64,000 nt of DNA from NCBI GenBank assembly GCA_964252035.1, contig OZ176208.1. The stretch is one strand, 5' to 3'. A program made the position numbers and the translations under genes. Source of the stretch: Podarcis erhardii. Lineage: Eukaryota. Positions 50,400 to 61,786 of the stretch are shown here, piece by piece (the first letter of the stretch is position 1; each line of letters opens with the position of its first letter). The notes under the pieces are model-generated. The model was given only the letters and a program-made list of their open reading frames with translations, had not been told where the DNA came from and searched no databases.

Positions 50400-52896
50400 G
50401 TAAGTTCTCAGCTCATTTGCTTAGAGTGAATGTTTCAAATGTGATTCATAAAATCGCCGGTGACCATTCTGTAGTATTTTCAACAGGGATATGGGTAAGT
50501 CCTGTTTCACATATAAAATACTTCAGCAGAACTGGATTTCTCATTTGAAATTCTAGTAGACATCCCAAATGCATTCTGTAATCCATTCCAAACCAAATCT
50601 GATGGGTTACGTGGAATTGCGATGTTCACTGTGATCTCAGGTTGGCTGCAGTGAAAACAAAAATTACACTGAAGGTGCAAGCAGGCACAACCACATAATG
50701 AAAGGAGGTATTGGAAGAGGGTTTTGTGGTGTTATGCCAAAAATATTCACTTGTGAATATGCAGTGCGATCATAGTTCTAACTGCGAATATGCAGAGATC
50801 TCATGTGCCAGTCTGGTGTAATTCATTTATTATCAGAAGACTTTAAAGGTAAGCTTGAGTCCTGAGTGGGCCTCTTCTGGCAAACAAGTTGTCGCTCTCC
50901 AATCCTTGAATCGCAGGTTGGCTCTATGTAACCCAAAGCAAATATGTCTGTGGCTCGCAAGAGTGTAAGCACAGGTTATATTTGCCTTTCTGTTAGGGTT
51001 CAGTTCTGCAGAAAGGTGATCTTCTAGTCCTGCTATACATTTACTCTTCATAAGCCACAAGGGGACGCAACATGTTTGGATTGTGTCAGACCACAGTAGC
51101 TGGCCTCAGTTTCAGCAGGCATTGCAGTATCTTACATTTGCTACCACAGCATACTTGAGCGGCTTCCAGATTTGACAATTTTAAAAATACAGTTCTAGCA
51201 GGGACATTACTCTCCCATTGGTTTCCTCCCACATGTATTTCAAAAGGAGCTTTAAACTCATATCAATTACAATGGGTTTTATACCTAGGTAGCTGGGATT
51301 AGGATTACAGCATCTGTTAGCTATACACATTGAGTTTCCTCTACACTTTTGGGGGGGGTTTTAATAATCATATTTTTTCTGCTTTCTTTTTTTTCTTTTC
51401 TTTTCTTTAAAAAATAAAATCACATGTTTTGTGACTTCAAAACAGGAAGCTGACTGACTGACTCACAGATATGAACTAACCAGGGCATACAGCTAGAATT
51501 TACTGTAAAATGGGAGCTGTGGGAAAGAGAGCATGTTGCAACATATGGGGAAAAGTCTTCTCTCTGCATTAGCTCTGAGGAAAATATCTTCATAGCTACC
51601 CAAAGTACTGTTTCAGTTAGCGCTGTGAATCTGGGATATTAAAGGGAATCCAAGTTATTTTTATTAACAATTTAATAAACAAAACCTAATATTTACTAGG
51701 GATAAGGGAGGGGAAAACATTCTACATTTCAATAGCATAAGAGAATCAGTATGATCTATAGAAACATGAAGTTTCCCCAGAATTTGTGGCCCCACCAATG
51801 AAAATCTGCCGTGTTTGATTAAAATTAGCCTTTAGTTGATAAATCTACTGGTTAAGCCAATTAGAGTTTGCAGGCTGAGTTTTTGGTTTTTTCCTAGCCG
51901 TCATCAAGTGCTTTGAGACTATGGAAGTAGAGGTAGCCCCGGTGGAGTAGCCCTGGTTAGAAAACTTAAAAGCAAGGCTGCCTGAGGACTCTGTGTGAAT
52001 ATGGCATAAATTGGGCTCAGCACAACCCTGCAAAAAATAAAATAAAAACCACACAGATGTTTATGCACTGTTGGGTCCTCTGTATCCTTATTTCATCGTT
52101 TCGCCTATCTGGGGATTTTACACATTTGGCACATGATTGTCCACACGCTTCATTTTTTGGTCTTAGATTTTTCATAGATAATTCCTCTGTGCCTCATTCA
52201 CAACAGCGAGTGCGTTTCCATGCTTCCTTTTTCTGGCCCTTCCTCTCAGTCACAGCTTCCCTGCTCTCCGCTACCTCTTCCCATTCGGAGCATGCATGCA
52301 GGAAGTTTGGGAACTTTGGGGGAAGAGCATATTTTTACCTGCTCCTAGTTATCAGGGCAAAATGGAGGCTTACCCTTTTGGTGGGGACAGGTGGGCAACC
52401 TCCAATTTTTTTATTTTTTATTTTTTAAATATCCTTTGAGCTGCGGGAAACAAAACAGTTAGTGTTGTGCAAATGGGAATGTGGGTGTAGCGAGAGAGGC
52501 CACCCACAGAAACATTGCCACTTGTTTGACAAGCTGCTTACCTGAACAAATGAGCTATCAAGATTCCATGCCAGTGATGACTGCAAATTTATAATACTGT
52601 AGATGGAAAAAGTTTACTTTAACATATTTCCCACTGTAAGAGGAAATCTGGATTAAATGCTTTTAAAAACATGGCCTGTCATTTTGATGATGGCAACATG
52701 GAGTGGACAGTGCAAAACCCTTGTTTGGGAAAGCAATACTGATTCCCCAGTAAACTTCCATCTGGAAGCACACATGAATCTGAGCATATATCCTATTGTC
52801 AGGCATTCAGGAACACCTTTAAAATACGTCCACTGTCAAGGCAGCTGAAGAGCAGACATGACAAAGAGGGAGTGGGATATTGGTTACAGTGGGATG

Positions 52897-53268
52897 CAGG
52901 GGCGGAGGAAGGGGGGGCAGTGGCGGCGGACTGCCCCAGGTGACTTTGCTGAGGGGGGTGACATTTAACGCGCCACCTGCCCATGACTCCCAAGCCTACC
53001 CTGAGCCGTCAAGGGAAGGGGGGAGCTGTGTCATTTTGCTAACAGCATTCCCCCCTTCCTTTTGACAGCTTGGGGGAGGCTTGGGAGTCGCAGGTGGGTG
53101 GTGCACGAATGTCTGCCATCAGCAGCTCGCTCTGGTCCCAGCTGCATGGCATGCACGCCACTCCATGCACCCCAGCGGCTATCCTGCATCTGGGAGGACA
53201 CTCTCCACGTCGCATCCTCCTTAGGAGCGCGCCCACTCTGGGCAGCGTGGGCATATGCTCCACCAGTG
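52897..53268. mobile_element. hAT-type MITE with internal inverted repeat
   Basis: 8-bp TSD gtgggatg at 52889-52896 and 53269-53276; degenerate TIRs caggggcggag / ctccaccagtg; internal IR 52985-53024 vs 53049-53089. Confidence 0.8.
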
Positions 53269-54059
53269 GTGGGATGACATATGACAGAGGTGATGCTCAC
53301 AATATAAATTTCGAAAAGTGACATATTTTTACGTTTACATCTTCTTGCTGAGAAAGTTCCCCAAAAGATTTGTTTGGGAAAACCTGGGAAGGAAATGCAA
53401 ATCCCAAGGAATCTGCGGTTCCTGTTCTCTCTGCAGCCCTGCTGCAGTGAAGCCATCAGCGAAGCAATTGGATATGCCTACCCACCTGTCAAATGTGGCC
53501 TTCAGGAGAGTGTGTAGATAAGTAGATCTGGCCAGTAGGCCAGATCCGGTTCTCCATCCCTCAGTTAAAGTTAATGGCTTCCAAAGTTGCACACTGGAAA
53601 TACCATGTGACTGCCAACAAGCATTTTAAGTTCTTACGTGCCATTCCCCTATTATGTTACTCAGAGTTCAGCATAGGTCGTTGCTCTTCTAAAATGTCAC
53701 CTCAGGAGTTCATACACTTTCTATTTCTGCTAGTGTTGTCATTGGTTCAATATCATTCAGTCACACCGAGACCCTAGGAATGTAGATGCCAGTGCATATT
53801 TCTGAGGGAGCTCACCCAGTCTAGGTGGATTAGTTAAATGGATTAGTTAAATGACTCAAGCAAAACTGTTTAGTTTCCTAGACGCAAGTCTGAATACTCC
53901 AGTTTATGTGTTTTGTGGATCAAGTTCTTCATAAGACTCAAGGCCTTTACAGAAACAGTATAGATGTGTGGCTGTTGTGAGTTGGCTTTTTCAAGGGCAT
54001 CATGCTAAAGAAATCCTGCTTTGGAGTTTTTGACCCCCTGCTGTCTCAGCTGTTCACAT

Positions 54060-54575
54060 GATTAATGGCACATGACGGAGTTAGCAACCAGCAGCAGTCA
54101 AACTTAGCTCACTGCGGATCCTGGGAGCTCACAAACAGACCTCGCAAACAGGGGCGTTTGCAAGGGCTTTTAGCAAGGGAGGCCCAGGTTTCTGTCTCTT
54201 GGTGTGTATAGAACCAGAGACATGGAGGGCGAGGGAGCTGCTGCAGTGACCTGTAATGCCTGTGCCATGTTTGTCATTCTGCCAGAGAACAAGCAATGGC
54301 GCACTTGTAGCAAGTGCAAGGTGGTTGTCTTGCTGGAAGTGAAGGTGCAGCAACTCGAGGCCTGCCTAGCCACACCTCAAGCAACAGGGCGATATGCAGA
54401 GTTACTTGACAGAGCTGAGTTGACTGAGATTGAGCACCAAGATAGATGAGATGCCCCCAGGGTGGAGAAAGATTGCCCATTGCAAGAGTTTAACCCCTGG
54501 AAGAATCTGACGTGCAGAAGTAGGACAGTCACAAACCACACTTAGTCTATTAGAGTTGCAAAGTCGCTTCCACCT
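54060..54575 (+). mobile_element. CR1 5' fragment (5'UTR + ORF1 N-terminal zinc-finger/coiled-coil), decayed
   Basis: ATG at 54222: MEGEGAAAVTCNACAMFVILPENKQWRTCSKCKVVVLLEVKVQQLE, later PWKNLTCRSR and LELQSRF, the pattern of CR1 ORF1 N-termini; boundaries approximate. Confidence 0.7.
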
Positions 54576-55990
54576 CCAGTCTTCTGTTTGGTAGCAGAAA
54601 GATTTGGGCTTTTATTGGTATAAATTATTTCCTTTTAAATTAATATTCATGTAAAATGTGACAGATAAGCAATATCTCATTAGTGAGGATCAGCCCAATG
54701 TGTAAATCCCCTGCTTCTAGCCAGATAGAAAGATGCTGTATTTATTTTTATGCAAAATAGTATTATCTATATCTATCATCTATCAATCAATCAATCAATC
54801 AATCATCTATATCTAGGGTACTTGTAACCCAGTCTTAATTAAAATAAATCCCAAAGTAGGGGACAATATTAAAACATGCATCAAATAATATAATATACAT
54901 AACAATAAGGAAATAATTTTAAAGCAAGAAGAATCTTTATTGGGAGGTTATGTTATGTATTTTTATGTTTTTATACTGTATAAATCTAACAAACAGTTAT
55001 TGCAATTCTAAAAATCCAACCTGAGCATGCTTAATCAAGACATAAGTCCCGTCAACTTCTTCCAAAGTGTACTCTGGAATATACTTTGGAGTGTATTTTC
55101 ATTTTCCAAAGTCTACTTATGATAATAGCCTAAAAATTCTGATATTATATTTGTCAACCACTATGAAAATTTCACCGTGAAAATAAATCTTTTAAAACAG
55201 CAGCAGGGTGATTTAAACCTGATAGATTTAAACAAATGATGCATAAACAGTACCTGTGCTTTTAGGTGCCCCAGTGGTACTTTGCAGTTTCCCAAATAAC
55301 TGAAAAATAGTTAATTGGCTTCTTTTTTTTAACAGAGAGAATAATAGTCAAACCTTTCTTGCTGCTGTGTTCCAATAATGCTCATGGAACTTCAGGATGA
55401 CAAAGATAAATTAAAAGTCTAGCTAAATGCACTTCGAGCAAAGGCATTCTATTAACTTGGTTCTGTATATTCCCATAGCTGTACTGAAATAAGTTATGTG
55501 AGAGCTTTTTGTGCACATGAAAAATCCCAATAAATATTCCAAATATACAAATATTTACAGGGTGGAGCCAGATTTGGCGCAGCTACTGATGGCATGCAGT
55601 ATGACTAAGAACTGCAATTGTTGATGGCACACATCCAATGGCCAGGGTGTTCAGTGGCTTAACTGGAGATTATGAGCAGCACCCTTGTCAATTCCAACAA
55701 GTCTCTTCTCAAAGTCTGCAATCCCAACCCTGTTTAAGTGGGAGTCAACCCCATTTAATTCAATAGGACTGACTTCTGATTAACCATGTTTTGATTGCTC
55801 TATAAGTCTGGCTCCATCCTAGTGATGCTTCCCCCCCCCCCCTTGTCTTATGTCTAGGAATTCTCTATACAGTTAAATTCCCACAGGAAACTGGGTCACG
55901 TGGCTGATGGACCACAGATTCATCACCCCTGTTTTAGAGAGTTCTCTTAGGACCTTTACCCTGAAGATTATAAACCATGAGCACATCCGC

Positions 55991-55993
55991 TTT

Positions 55994-56081
<88 letters not shown>
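55991..56081. repeat. (TTTC)n(TC)n polypyrimidine microsatellite
   Basis: Direct sequence. Confidence 0.95.
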
Positions 56082-56082
<1 letters not shown>

Positions 56083-57001
56083 GTGATGATAGATGATACA
56101 TCTGATTAATGATTATATACTATTATGCATAAGCACATATTTCCAAAAAACACACACACATACCCTGTCACATGCACAGTGCTGTTACGATTATGTCCAT
56201 TACTTTTTTCATACTCGTCTTTTCAGTGCAGTCCATGACCCCTCTAGGCATTCATTTCTTTATTTCATTTTTTGCTAGAGACCTTCCACTGCAGCAGGTT
56301 TAACAGTCACTGGCTCCTTGCCTAGGGAAGCATATGCTGCTCTGAACGTCTTAAGAATGAGGAAGAATTGCATTCAAAACAAGCCATTTTCTGTTACAAG
56401 GGAAAGAAGAAATTATTCAGGGCCTGACTGTAGCAATGGGTTATTTACAGGCCTGAGGCTGCCTGGAATGCACACAATGAAAGCTACTCAGCAGCTGTTC
56501 AGTGTAAAATGCATTCAAAATCAATTTCTAAAATGAATTTATTCTAAAGGCTGCTTCTTCACGGTAGCCATCTTGCTAAGGGAGGGTTAACTTACCACCT
56601 CGTGACAACGTATCGTTATAGGTGCACACCCATCACAGCAGCACTTCAAAGGCTCTGTTGCATCCGCCAGTTGTTCCCACAGCTGTACTTTCACCCATGC
56701 AGCTTTTCTTTATAGCTAGTGTAGACTTCCTCTTACCGTTTAGGTCGATCACTAAGGATACAGGAGGTAACAGAAACAAGGTAGTGCCTCCACTGGATCA
56801 GGTCCACTGGACCTTCCCCACACCACAATATTCCGGAAGGCTGAAATGATGCCACTGTCTGTCTGAAATCACTCTGGTGGAAATGATACGAAAGATTCGC
56901 ATACTGTTTGTGCTTGGTGTTGCTTTCTTATCAAGAAGACTTCTTTGCCTTTCTCACCGCTTGCCCAAGACATTTTGCGGCATGAGGCATAGAACAAGAT
57001 G

Positions 57002-57005
<4 letters not shown>

Positions 57006-57045
<40 letters not shown>

Positions 57046-57049
57046 ACAC
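57006..57049. repeat. (AC)n microsatellite
   Basis: Direct sequence. Confidence 0.95.
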
Positions 57050-57210
57050 TGCCCATCATTCATAGCTCTGCCCTCCCAACACCTGACGGCCACTCTGTGC
57101 TGACCAGCCTCTCCCACCTGCCTCCCTCTGCCTCATAGCAAGGCCTGCCCTGCCTTTTCTGCTTTTTAAATGCAGCAGACGTACCTGGCATTCCTTAGTG
57201 TTCTGTGTCA

Positions 57211-57345
57211 GCCTTCACCACCCTGACCCCTCCAGGGGTTATGGACTATTAACTCCCATCGGCCCAGCTAGCATGACCTCACTTCGCTGGGGCTGGTGGG
57301 AGTTGTACGCCAGAACAACTGGAAGGCACAAGGTTGGCAAAGGCC
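57211..57345. mobile_element. Palindromic MITE related to family C
   Basis: gccttcaccaccctg...aactcccatc...ggtgggagttg...aggttggcaaaggc inverted arms. Confidence 0.55.
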
Positions 57346-58058
57346 ACATGACAAAAGAAATTGTTTCCCCAGAATTTCCAGATTAGCAGAATAATAATAA
57401 AATAGTGCAGTTTCCAAGACTTTTGGGCAGGAAGCCTAAATGTATGTGTTTTAAGTGTATGGTTATCTTACCTCAACAGTAAGACTAGCTTTGGAAGAGA
57501 GGTGCAGTTTTTTTAGCAGTCAGAACTGTTTTTACTAGGCTGGATTCAGACTTAGTTATGCTTAGCAGTAGACCCATTAAAACCAATGGGAGCTGTGCTA
57601 GTCAAGTAACTTAGGGAAATAGTATTGATTTCAATGTGTCTGGTTTTTAATTTTTATTATTTAATGGACTGTTGTGAGTTTATTTTACTAAGGAATAGTA
57701 TGTATCTTTTTTAAAAAAAATAATTAATAAATAAGTAGGAAGAGCTGTACAAATTAATACACATGTAAAGCAAAAGAACCTCATAGCAGTATTCCAGGCA
57801 TCCCCTGTAGAGGCAGCAGGAAATGTTTGGGAATGGGCAGAAAGCAGAACAAATGTAGAGAAGAGCAGCTTGCCTTTGTAGCAAGAATCAATTTGTTACA
57901 GAGTCAATTGTGCATATCAAACACTGTTATGGAGTATAAGCAAATTGCGCCATGGCAATATTTCACACAGACAGGCTCTTGGTCTTGCAAGGTGAAAACT
58001 AGGCTAGCCAGTTTCGGTCTCTGGTGGGTTGCATCATTTTAAGGCAGTTTGGCTTGCT

Positions 58059-58209
58059 AAGAATCACAGAATTGTAGAATTGGACGTCACCTCGAGGGTC
58101 ATCTAGACAGCTCCCCACAATGCAGGAATATGAAGGTGGTCTGTATGGGAATCAAACCCGTTACCTTGGCGTTATCAGCACCACACTCTAAACAACTGAG
58201 CTAACTGTC
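58059..58209 (-). mobile_element. tRNA-Ile-derived SINE with CR1-like 3' tail
   Basis: Minus strand gacagttagctcagttgtttagagtgtggtgctgataacgccaaggtaacgggtttgattcccatacagacc (tRNA-Ile-like), then ctagatgaccctcgagg...ccaattctacaattctgtgattctt (CR1-type tail). Confidence 0.8.
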
Positions 58210-61200
58210 ACTTCAATCAATCAATCAATGCCACTTGATTTGATGGGAATCACTGCACTGGCACAGAGCTGATTCCCACAGAGAATCGGGGTCTTTGTCC
58301 TTGTACAATGGCTTTTATGCAATAACAGCACAATGTTGACCAGAAAATATCTCAAGATTTTGTTTTTTTCCCCACCTCCATCCATCATTCTGTCTTCACA
58401 TAGCTTACGTTTTCAAGTTGGATCAAAGCTGGTTTGGGAGCAAACAACGTCAAAACACAGTATTTCTCAAGTAACTGCAGGACTGATGCGGGTTGTGGCT
58501 GATGTCATGTGTGCACAGCTTCACAAACCAGTGGTGGGAGCACACTGGATATTGAATAAGTGGAACAGTATGTGTATCTAATGAATATCTAGTAGATATG
58601 TGCTGAAACTCAGCCTGCTAGATAAGTTGCCTGTTCAGCAGATGTACAAAAAGCACATCTTCCATTTGTCAGAAACTGGAAAGTGGGGTGGCTTCAGAAA
58701 TCACGAAGCAGTGAGCATGGATGTACTAGTGATTCCAAACACTTCTTCAATGTAATGCCTGCACAAAAAACACACTCATCTCTTAAACAGTAAGATGTTT
58801 CCCTCGCTCCCCACATTCACATCAGCACTTGCCACTCTATTGTAGCAAAAGTAGCAGGAACAAGCAGCACAAACAGAGCAAGAGGTTCCAATTGCACTAC
58901 ACTGAGGGTTTTTAACACTGCCCATGCAGTGTTCTTCTGCTGTAAGATACATGATTTCCTATGCTTTAGAAGGGACATTCTCTCATCTTCTTTCATGACA
59001 ATTTCACTCACTTTTTACAGGACAAAGAGAGGGCATTCCACATTGAAACCTCCCTTGTGGATGCACCCAGTGATCATTCCTTTCCCTTTGTAAGCCAACT
59101 GGGTTATTGCATTATTTGCTTCTTTAAAATGCCACCTCTCCTTAGGGCTTCTTCCTTAGAAATTAGTTGGTTAAGAGCCTCTGTCAATCACTGATCTGTC
59201 TTCAGTGATGGATTGGAAAATCCTTTAATGAGTTTTCAAAGCACCTGTCAAAGCTACTGTCTAGATAGTAGCTCAGTGGTAACACAACAGGGAGCAGAAG
59301 AGACAGTTGCAGTCTTTAATTATATTCCACCCATAGCTTTGTACAGCTTTATATCCCAGTCATTAGCTATATGCGTTGGACTGTGCCTACACAGTTTTAG
59401 TGTTAGGCTCTTTTAATGTTAGTTGGGTGGGTTTTCTAAAGTGCATTTGAAAGGTACAGTGGAAGTAATGACCGTTGCTCAACTGGACTTAGTCTTTTAA
59501 GTCTCGCCACATTATCACTTCCTTAACTTTCCTTTTTGCAAAACTTCTTTCATGCATCTGGTTCAAGGGTTTCAAAAAATTGTTGATATCAAATATGTCT
59601 TCTGCCTTTCCTGCTATTTAAGAGCTATTCTATAGTCTCATCTTTGCGGAATGTAAGGTGATGAAGCAAAAAAGACTTGGCATATTTGGAGTATATTTGG
59701 ACAGGCTGTGCGTTAATGTATCGGGGGCAGATTCAGACACTTTGGGGCTTACTTGGTCTCTGGTCTTCCCCATCAACATAGAAGCATGTTTGCAAAGTGG
59801 GATACCGTGTCTGATTTCACCAATGCCCTTTACAGAAGTGTGATGATAAAAATTTGACATCCCACATTCCATGAATCTCTCTGTGTACTGGACACCTGAA
59901 CATGCATATATGAATTGCACAAAGACTTGGGTGTTTTGTAAGAAATACAGGGGAGATAATTTCACAGTGCCTCTACCTGTGGAACTAGTTTTTTATGTGT
60001 GTTTTAAAGATGGATTTACCTAGTGTGTTCTGTAATTGCTGTTGTGATTATTTTGTCAAAGAGGTATTTATACCACAAGTCCTTTATTATAGGACAAAGC
60101 TACAGAAATCTGGAGAGATTTCAGGGAGCTTTAAATGCATAATTGCTTTGAAAACTCTAATTGGGATAGTTATCCTGAAGCTACAATTCTGCAATCCAGT
60201 ATTGGCTGAATGTGGATTTATTTAGTTGGTCTTCAGTTTTAGATCAATTTTTTTTTAATTTTCAAGCCCAGATGGGCTTTTGTAGTTTCACTTTTCATTC
60301 CTAAAATGTAAATTTATAAAAGAAGAATAGTCAAAATTACATAAACATTCTTATATGTTACTGTTGAAAAGCCAATAGGAAATCCAGCTGTTTTAGTACG
60401 GTAACAATTTTATACATTGTTGCTTGACTCAAGCAGCTGCTACTCCTCCGCTTCAGAAGTCTTGCAGGCAAAATATAGGAAGAAGTATGTATCTAAAAAG
60501 CCATGGACTTAGATGCAAGACAGCCTTAAAAAATTAACAATAACACAATTTGGTCACAGAAGACATTTCTCTGTGCAGTGGAAGTGTGTATCATATATTG
60601 ATCTTCCAGGAAAGCCTGCTTTCTATTCCATCAACATCTGAGGTGTGGTTGGTGGCATAAGGGACAATAGCTCCTTGATTGTAGTACCCAGAGTTTGGAG
60701 TTCCACACTTGGGTGATCCAGTTGCCTTCCTTTCTCTCTGTGTTTTGGCACTGGATAAAAACAAAATTGCTTAATCATGCATCAAGAGGCTACTCTGTGA
60801 TAATTTGGTATTGGTTTGCCGGTCTGTTAATGCAACTTTTTTCTGTTTTTGCTTTTATTTCCCTATGGGTTTTATTGGTATTGTTTTTGTTATTACTTTT
60901 AATTTCCTTTTACACAAAAGAAATGTGGGCCATTAAGAATTGCAATAAAGAAATAAACCCACACATGCATCGTTGTAAGTTTTTTCGCCATATATACACT
61001 TGCCAGGAAGTTACAAGTGGTTTCAGTTTCCTAGCATTCGTATACATGTAGAAAAACTAGAGATTGCACATTCCTTTCATGGAAGTACTTCCCTTGATGT
61101 TACTTCATAGCATTGGAACCAGGCATGAGATTGCAGAAGATGGAGAACAAACAGAACAGAGCAATGGGGAATTCTAGAGAAGTAGATTGAAAGGCAAAAC

Positions 61201-61437
61201 AATCCAGGGGAGGAACTGTCCTTGACTGGAAGATTGTTTTAAAGTTCAGGAGATGTAGCAAGCCTTGCCAACCGGTTGTGTTCTCATTAGGCTCCTGAGA
61301 TGCTGCAGACAAAGAGCTGAGGCTGAGGTGCTTGCTTACCCAAGATCCATCCACTGAGCAATCCAGGACACTGGCTTGGGGGAGGGTTTGAGGGAACAGA
61401 AACACACACAGTTAAGAATACACGAATAGGAACCAGT

Positions 61438-61580
61438 GGCCACAGCTCAGGGGTATGACACTACACTTTGCATGCAGAAGATCCCAGATATTTCCCACTC
61501 AAAAGACCAGTGAGGAAAGGCCACTCAGTGCCTAGGACCATGAGAGATTCTTCCAATTAGAATAGGCAGTACAAGGCATC
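61438..61580 (+). mobile_element. Highly degraded tRNA-derived SINE
   Basis: ggccacagctcaggggtatgac...tttgcatgcagaagatcccag head similar to the Squam2-like copies. Confidence 0.35.
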
Positions 61581-61667
61581 TTCTCTCATTTAAGATCAGA
61601 TTGTAGGAGCTAAGTTGGAACTTGGGGGATGTGAGAATTTGGCTTTAACATTCTTTTCTTATTTCAG

Positions 61668-61786
61668 GTGAGCAGGAGCCAGCCGTCAGTAGCGATTCAG
61701 ATATTTCGTTGATCATGGCAATGGAGGTTGGACTCTCTGATGTAGAGCTTTCTACTGACCAAGACTGCGAAGAGGTGAAATCCTGA
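61668..61786 (+). CDS. RNF150: RNF150 terminal coding exon 7 to stop codon
   Basis: atttcag|GT GAG CAG...AAA TCC TGA; 119 bp; (S)EQEPAVSSDSDISLIMAMEVGLSDVELSTDQDCEEVKS*, the known RNF150 C-terminus as recalled. Confidence 0.95.

Noticed and set aside
58138-58209. Functional tRNA-Ile gene
   Set aside because: Mismatched acceptor and T stems, degenerate B box (ggtttgatt) and direct fusion to a LINE-type tail indicate a SINE copy
59630-59965. 111-aa minus-strand ORF in intron 6
   Set aside because: No recognisable homology or splice signals supporting an antisense gene
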